Shown in pieces: positions 63,513 through 64,000 of a stretch of 64,000 nt of DNA. The stretch spans positions 1,856,001-1,920,000 of the forward strand of contig CAXXLF010000002.1 in the NCBI GenBank assembly GCA_963664015.2. Reading direction: 5' to 3'. The first letter of the stretch is position 1. The number at the start of each line of letters is the position of its first letter. This stretch comes from Candidatus Binatia bacterium (lineage in GTDB: Bacteria; Desulfobacterota; Binatia; UBA9968; CAXXLF01). A program made the translations under genes and the position numbers. Under the pieces are notes generated by a model. That model saw only the letters and a program-made list of their open reading frames with translations. It had not been told where the DNA came from and searched no databases.

Positions 63513-64000
63513 CTATCCGCCCCAGGAGTTGCTAGGGCTCGGTTCCGGCAGTTCCTTGCCATGGCCAACGGTCATGGCGACCTTGGCCAGCCTGGATGGT
63601 CCAGGGCGGTCGGCCGGGCTGCCGTCGCCCGTATAGAGCCACTGGATTTCACCAACGCGGTTGACGACCATGCTCATGGGCCTGGCGATAAAGCCCCGTT
63701 TATCACTCTCCCTGACTGCGCCCGCCTTGCGAATCAGCTCTCCTATAGGGTCACAGATGAGGCGAACGGGAAAGGGTTCCACGGGCATTCCCGGTCGATC
63801 CTCGAAACTATCGGCGATGACACGTGCGCGTAGTTTCATCCCCTCATCGGCGGCCTGCACACTGATGCCCAGAATTTGGATTCCCTCGGGTCGGTATTGG
63901 TCTGCTTCGTAGACAAAGGCCGTCACCTGGGCCCGGCACCAGGGTCAGAAGCGGCCTCGGTAAAAAAAGCGACGCTGGCAGGCGCGTGTGAAAATATCTG
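63513..64000 (-). CDS. AhpC/TSA-like redoxin with in-frame TGA in a UxxC motif (candidate selenoprotein); 5' partial
   Basis: Upstream of ORF 63513..63926 the frame reads FFYRGRF-TGA(63945-63947)-PWCRAQV, then ILGISV..LICDP..ARPMSMVVNRVGEIQWLY. Confidence 0.65.

Overview
Bacterial chromosomal window (genes about 55-60% GC by eye). The gene content suggests a Deltaproteobacteria-like lineage such as Ca. Binatia, but that is inference only. Intact housekeeping genes include nth, aat, tal-pgi, speA, a tandem thyX, prmA, rsmE, gshB and tRNA-Phe(GAA). They are mixed with at least 12 decayed accessory genes carrying in-frame stops, frameshifts or deletions (lhr, Smr, AMMECR1, MBL hydrolase, flavoprotein, two Rieske oxygenases, E1-alpha, hydrolases, an apparent mla-operon deletion scar). 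No CRISPR, prophage, integrase or transposase is visible. The most striking unexplained signal is non-coding: about 11 intergenic elements of 150-550 bp built from shared sequence modules, several arranged as nested imperfect inverted repeats. They contain a recurring hairpin with a conserved loop and covarying stem, and 25-35 nt micro-hairpins inserted into them. A separate ~127 bp MITE-like element occurs twice. Notable coding clusters are a short BoxB/PaaA-like diiron protein with a [2Fe-2S] ferredoxin and a divergent NuoF-like flavoprotein, a bicupin plus orphan EutA pair, a KS-alpha-like ketosynthase/methyltransferase/FAD-oxidoreductase trio, and a candidate UxxC selenoprotein at the right edge. 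All family calls come from motif recognition without database searches.
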